A stretch of 64,000 nt of DNA from Verrucomicrobiota bacterium (GTDB taxonomy: Bacteria; Verrucomicrobiota; Verrucomicrobiia; Limisphaerales; AAA164-E04): positions 3,008,001 to 3,072,000 of the forward strand of contig CP170459.1 of the NCBI GenBank assembly GCA_047947115.1. The letters are read 5' to 3'. Numbering within the stretch: position 1 is the stretch's first letter; the number at the start of each line of letters is the position of its first letter. The notes beneath the pieces were generated by a model. It searched no databases and was not told the DNA's origin. It saw only the letters and a list, made by a program, of their open reading frames with translations. Positions 60,616 through 64,000 of this stretch are shown here, piece by piece. A program made the position numbers and the translations under genes.

Positions 60616-61467
60616 ATGGCTTCCATGCATGTCGGAACAATTACGGTGATAGGAAAAGACAAAACCGGAGTAGTAGCTCGGGTCACAAATTTTCTGTTTG
60701 AGCATGGGGCCAACATCGAAGCCCTGGACGAACAGGTTACTCGCGGGCACTTCAGCATGAATCTGCAGGCTTCCTGGCCCGCCAGTCGGTGGTCTCCCAA
60801 AATGATCGAAGCTGGTCTGGCTGATCTGGGGCGCGCCCTGGCCATGGAGATCAAGGTCAAGTTCACATCTCCCAGTGGTCGTAAACGCATGGCCATCTTG
60901 GCTTCCTTGGAGCCTCATGCGCCTGCCGGGATACTTGAGGCGGTTGCCAAGAACACGCTTAAGGCGGATCCGGTCGTTCTGGTATCCAATCACACCGCCA
61001 TGAAATCCCTTGCCAAAAAGCACAAGGTGCCTTTCAAACAGGTGAAATGGGACAATCGAAAACAGGGAGAAGAGGAATCCCTGGCATTGATGGAGCAATA
61101 CGGAGTTGATTTCATTGTGCTGGCCCGGTTCATGAAAATTCTGTCGCCGACCTTTGTGTGGCATTTCAAGAACCGGATTATCAATATTCATCCCTCCTTG
61201 CTTCCCAGTTTCCCGGGACCGCAAGCTTATCGTCAGGCTTATGAGCACGGCGTGAAAATTGCCGGTGTGACCGCTCATTTTGTGAACATGCATCTGGACG
61301 AGGGCCCGATCATCGCCCAGGAATCCTTTGCGATCAAACCAACCATGACGCTGAAAGATGTGGTGGCTGCCGGTCAAAAGTTAGAAACCCGCGTGTTGAT
61401 CCGTGCCGTCCGGCTCTTTTTAAGCAAACGCCTCGATGTGCATTGGGGGACGGTGAAGGAAGTGTGA
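60616..61467 (+). CDS. purU: Formyltetrahydrofolate deformylase
   Basis: ACT domain (GKDKTGVVA), VLARFMKILS, INIHPSLLPSF, HFV...LDEGPIIAQ. Confidence 0.9.
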   Translation: MASMHVGTITVIGKDKTGVVARVTNFLFEHGANIEALDEQVTRGHFSMNLQASWPASRWSPKMIEAGLADLGRALAMEIKVKFTSPSGRKRMAILASLEPHAPAGILEAVAKNTLKADPVVLVSNHTAMKSLAKKHKVPFKQVKWDNRKQGEEESLALMEQYGVDFIVLARFMKILSPTFVWHFKNRIINIHPSLLPSFPGPQAYRQAYEHGVKIAGVTAHFVNMHLDEGPIIAQESFAIKPTMTLKDVVAAGQKLETRVLIRAVRLFLSKRLDVHWGTVKEV

Positions 61468-61473
61468 GCAGTC

Positions 61474-61887
61474 ATGTGGTTCAAACGTCTCATCCGATTG
61501 TTGTGGGCCGTCTTTGGCAGGTTGTTGCTTTACGGGGTGGCGATGATCATCATCCTGAACATGATTGTCCGGCATCAGATGGAACAGCGAGGGCGCTCCT
61601 GGCGTGGTGGTGGAGGCGGAGGATGGCGTCGGAACAATGAACCCACCGACCGTTTTGCGCCCCGTATGAATCGGAAATATGATCTGTCCATTCGTGAGCA
61701 GATTGAGCATTATCCGCTGCACGTTTGCGTGGCGGACGGCAATGCTCTGGATCGATTCGGAGATCCTGTCGACTACGATCACCAGGGAATGGTTGTACGC
61801 TTGTGTTCGGAAGATTGTGTGCGGGAATTCAGAACGGATCCTTCACACTATACGAAGCAACTGTTGGATGCCTCGCTGACCCAGTGA
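61474..61887 (+). CDS. Membrane-anchored YHS/TRASH-like protein
   Basis: YPLHVCV..G..L...GDPV...G..VRLCSEDC..EF..DP..Y. Confidence 0.55.
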   Translation: MWFKRLIRLLWAVFGRLLLYGVAMIIILNMIVRHQMEQRGRSWRGGGGGGWRRNNEPTDRFAPRMNRKYDLSIREQIEHYPLHVCVADGNALDRFGDPVDYDHQGMVVRLCSEDCVREFRTDPSHYTKQLLDASLTQ

Positions 61888-62221
61888 TGATTGATACTCG
61901 GGAGGGGCAAACTTCTGCTTGAACCCACTTCAAACCTCTGTGCTGTGGACACCTTTTCAAGCTGCAATGGAAGCACCACAGTCATTCGATGAACGATCGT
62001 CTCCCCGCGTTCCATTTCTTTTGCTCAGCAACGTTTTCAAGGGGAAAATTTGGGGCGAGTCCCGTATGCGGGATCTCCCCTCCTTTGAATAAATAGTGAA
62101 CAGTTCCAGGCATGACTGAATCAGGGCTGGTCATGTTTGAAAGTTGTTGGTATAGGGTTGTCGTCCTCTTTGATTGAAATAAAAACCTGCGGGTTGAATT
62201 CCAATGGAAATGGGGGGACAC

Positions 62222-62257
62222 AAAAAAAAGCGCCGCTCGACTGGCATCGAGCGACGC
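62222..62257 (-). terminator. Intrinsic terminator after the HtrA gene
   Basis: A-tract plus GCGCCGCTCGA-CTGGCA-TCGAGCGACGC on the + strand. Confidence 0.65.
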
Positions 62258-62286
62258 GGGTCAAGAATGCGCCGGCCTTGGGGAGG

Positions 62287-63825
62287 CTACAGGTCGCGAT
62301 CCTTGAGAATCACAAAACCGCGATGACCTTCGGCATTACGGTAAGAGACGACCATTCCCTTGCTGAGGTCGGCGTCGCGGTAAATTTCGGCAAAATCAAA
62401 GGGACTTCGGACCGGTTTGAAATTGACTTCGGTGATGATGGTTCCGGGCAGCAGGATTTGGTTGTCCGCCAGGCTTCCTTTTTCCACTTCCCACACCATC
62501 AGGCCCTCGGCGAGGTCGACCCCGAACATTTTGGCGCCGGATTCGTCGGCTTCCCTGAGCTTGAGCCCCAACGGGAGGTTTTGCGATTCCCGGGGTTCGT
62601 TGGCGGTGATGGCTGCGACGGGGGGGCGGGTCCATTCGCGCGGCTTGATGACCACCTGCAATCGTTCGTCGTTCCGTACCACGTCCAGTACGAGTGGTTT
62701 TCCAATACTTTGCGAACGAACCTGGTTCTTGAGTTGTTGAGCGCTGGCTACGGCTTTGCCGCCGACGGCAATGATGATGTCGGCTGGTCGCAAGGTTGAT
62801 TCGGCAGCTGCGCTTCCGGCTTGCACGGAGGAGACGATCACTCCCTGGGATACGGAGGTCACCAGATCGTTCAGTTCATAGTTTTCGATCAATGTTTGGA
62901 TGCCGATTCCCAGCAAAGCTCGTTTGAATGTGCCGGTTTCGATGAGTTGATGGCCGATTTCCATGGCCATGTTGATGGGGATGGCGAACCCGATGCCTGT
63001 GTTGAGTCCGCGAATCATGGTGTTGATGCCAATGGCTTCCCCCCGGATATTGACCAGCGGGCCACCTGAGTTGCCGGGATTGATGTCAGCGTCGGTTTGA
63101 ATGAAATCGTGATCCAGATTGCTGGACATGGCGACGGCGGATCGTCCCTTTGCGCTGACGTGACCGTAGGTGACGCTGTATTCGAGTTCGAATGGTGCTC
63201 CGATGGCGATGGCGAACTCGCCGACTTTAACTGCATCGGAGTCCCCGATCTTGATGGGGATCAAAAGAGATTCGGGTGCATCCACAAGTTGGATAACGGC
63301 GACATCGGATTGAGAATCGTAGCCCTTGACCAGTGCCTTGAAGATGCGGCCATTCATCAGGCGCACCCGGATCCGGCTGGCTGCTTCGATGACGTGGTAG
63401 TTGGTCAGGATGTAGCCTTCCTTGGAAAGTATCATGCCAGAACCTTTTCCATCGAAACGATCCCGAGGCCGCTCCGATTCGGAAGAGTCATTCCGCTCTT
63501 CCTCCTGGCCCTCGGGAGCGGGGCTTTGGTTGCGGAAAAACTCTTCCCATCGACGGCGCTGTTCCTCCGGCAAGTTGTCCAGTTCCGGATGGTTTTCAGG
63601 ACTCAGCAGGCCTGTTGCTGGTTTGACAGGATGAGCCACCTCCACCACGACCACGGATGGCGCCACCTTGTCGGCAACTTCAATAAACGCCTTGTTGAGC
63701 TTCTGTGCCCAACTTAATACATCAGACACCGACTCATCGGAACCGTCCGCATGCACGTGCCATGTCAGGGTGCTCCAGCAGATCCCGGTCAACAAAATGG
63801 TTTGTATGGTTATCCAGCGCTTCAT
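62287..63825 (-). CDS. HtrA/DegQ family serine protease with two PDZ domains
   Basis: TNYHV, DVAV and INPGNSGGPL catalytic triad; signal peptide. Confidence 0.93.
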   Translation of the reverse strand: MKRWITIQTILLTGICWSTLTWHVHADGSDESVSDVLSWAQKLNKAFIEVADKVAPSVVVVEVAHPVKPATGLLSPENHPELDNLPEEQRRRWEEFFRNQSPAPEGQEEERNDSSESERPRDRFDGKGSGMILSKEGYILTNYHVIEAASRIRVRLMNGRIFKALVKGYDSQSDVAVIQLVDAPESLLIPIKIGDSDAVKVGEFAIAIGAPFELEYSVTYGHVSAKGRSAVAMSSNLDHDFIQTDADINPGNSGGPLVNIRGEAIGINTMIRGLNTGIGFAIPINMAMEIGHQLIETGTFKRALLGIGIQTLIENYELNDLVTSVSQGVIVSSVQAGSAAAESTLRPADIIIAVGGKAVASAQQLKNQVRSQSIGKPLVLDVVRNDERLQVVIKPREWTRPPVAAITANEPRESQNLPLGLKLREADESGAKMFGVDLAEGLMVWEVEKGSLADNQILLPGTIITEVNFKPVRSPFDFAEIYRDADLSKGMVVSYRNAEGHRGFVILKDRDL

Positions 63826-64000
63826 GGATGAATTACATCACGAACCTTTGGAACGCGACAATCGGAAAATGTTCAAACTTTCTTTGCATTGTCACTTGCT
63901 TCCGGTTGGGGTATAGATGTCGTGTCCCATGCAAAACCGATCTCACATATCCAGGCGCGATTTTCTTTGGCAATCCGGAGGCGGGTTGGGGGGGATAGCC

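Overview
A bacterial chromosome segment, probably Verrucomicrobiota (inferred from a PVC-type CxxCH heme protein and Verrucomicrobia-style exported proteins). Most of it is an apparently intact ~41 kb siphovirus-like prophage integrated in the 3' half of an initiator tRNA-Met gene, bounded by a 57-bp direct repeat at 3316-3372 and 44437-44493. The prophage carries an integrase, a PolA/primase/helicase replication module, lambda-like terminase, portal and S49 protease genes, an SPP1-like capsid gene, a tail module, and several cargo genes. The best finding is a translationally coupled cassette just before the terminase: ParB-N, chorismate mutase, a C5-cytosine MTase whose motif X Asn is replaced by Arg (GRAVPP), and a CmoA-like protein. 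Together these form a coherent predicted route, chorismate -> prephenate -> carboxy-SAM -> 5-carboxymethylcytosine in DNA. The second finding is a small GIY-YIG nuclease gene that ends inside a tRNA-fMet copy, plus two pseudo-tRNAs carrying the same hairpin substitution in opposite orientations. A second att arm suggests another island lies in tandem to the left. The right flank holds host genes (alaS, higA, T2SS-like genes, purU, an HtrA-family protease). All protein calls are by-eye motif recognition, with no database searches.
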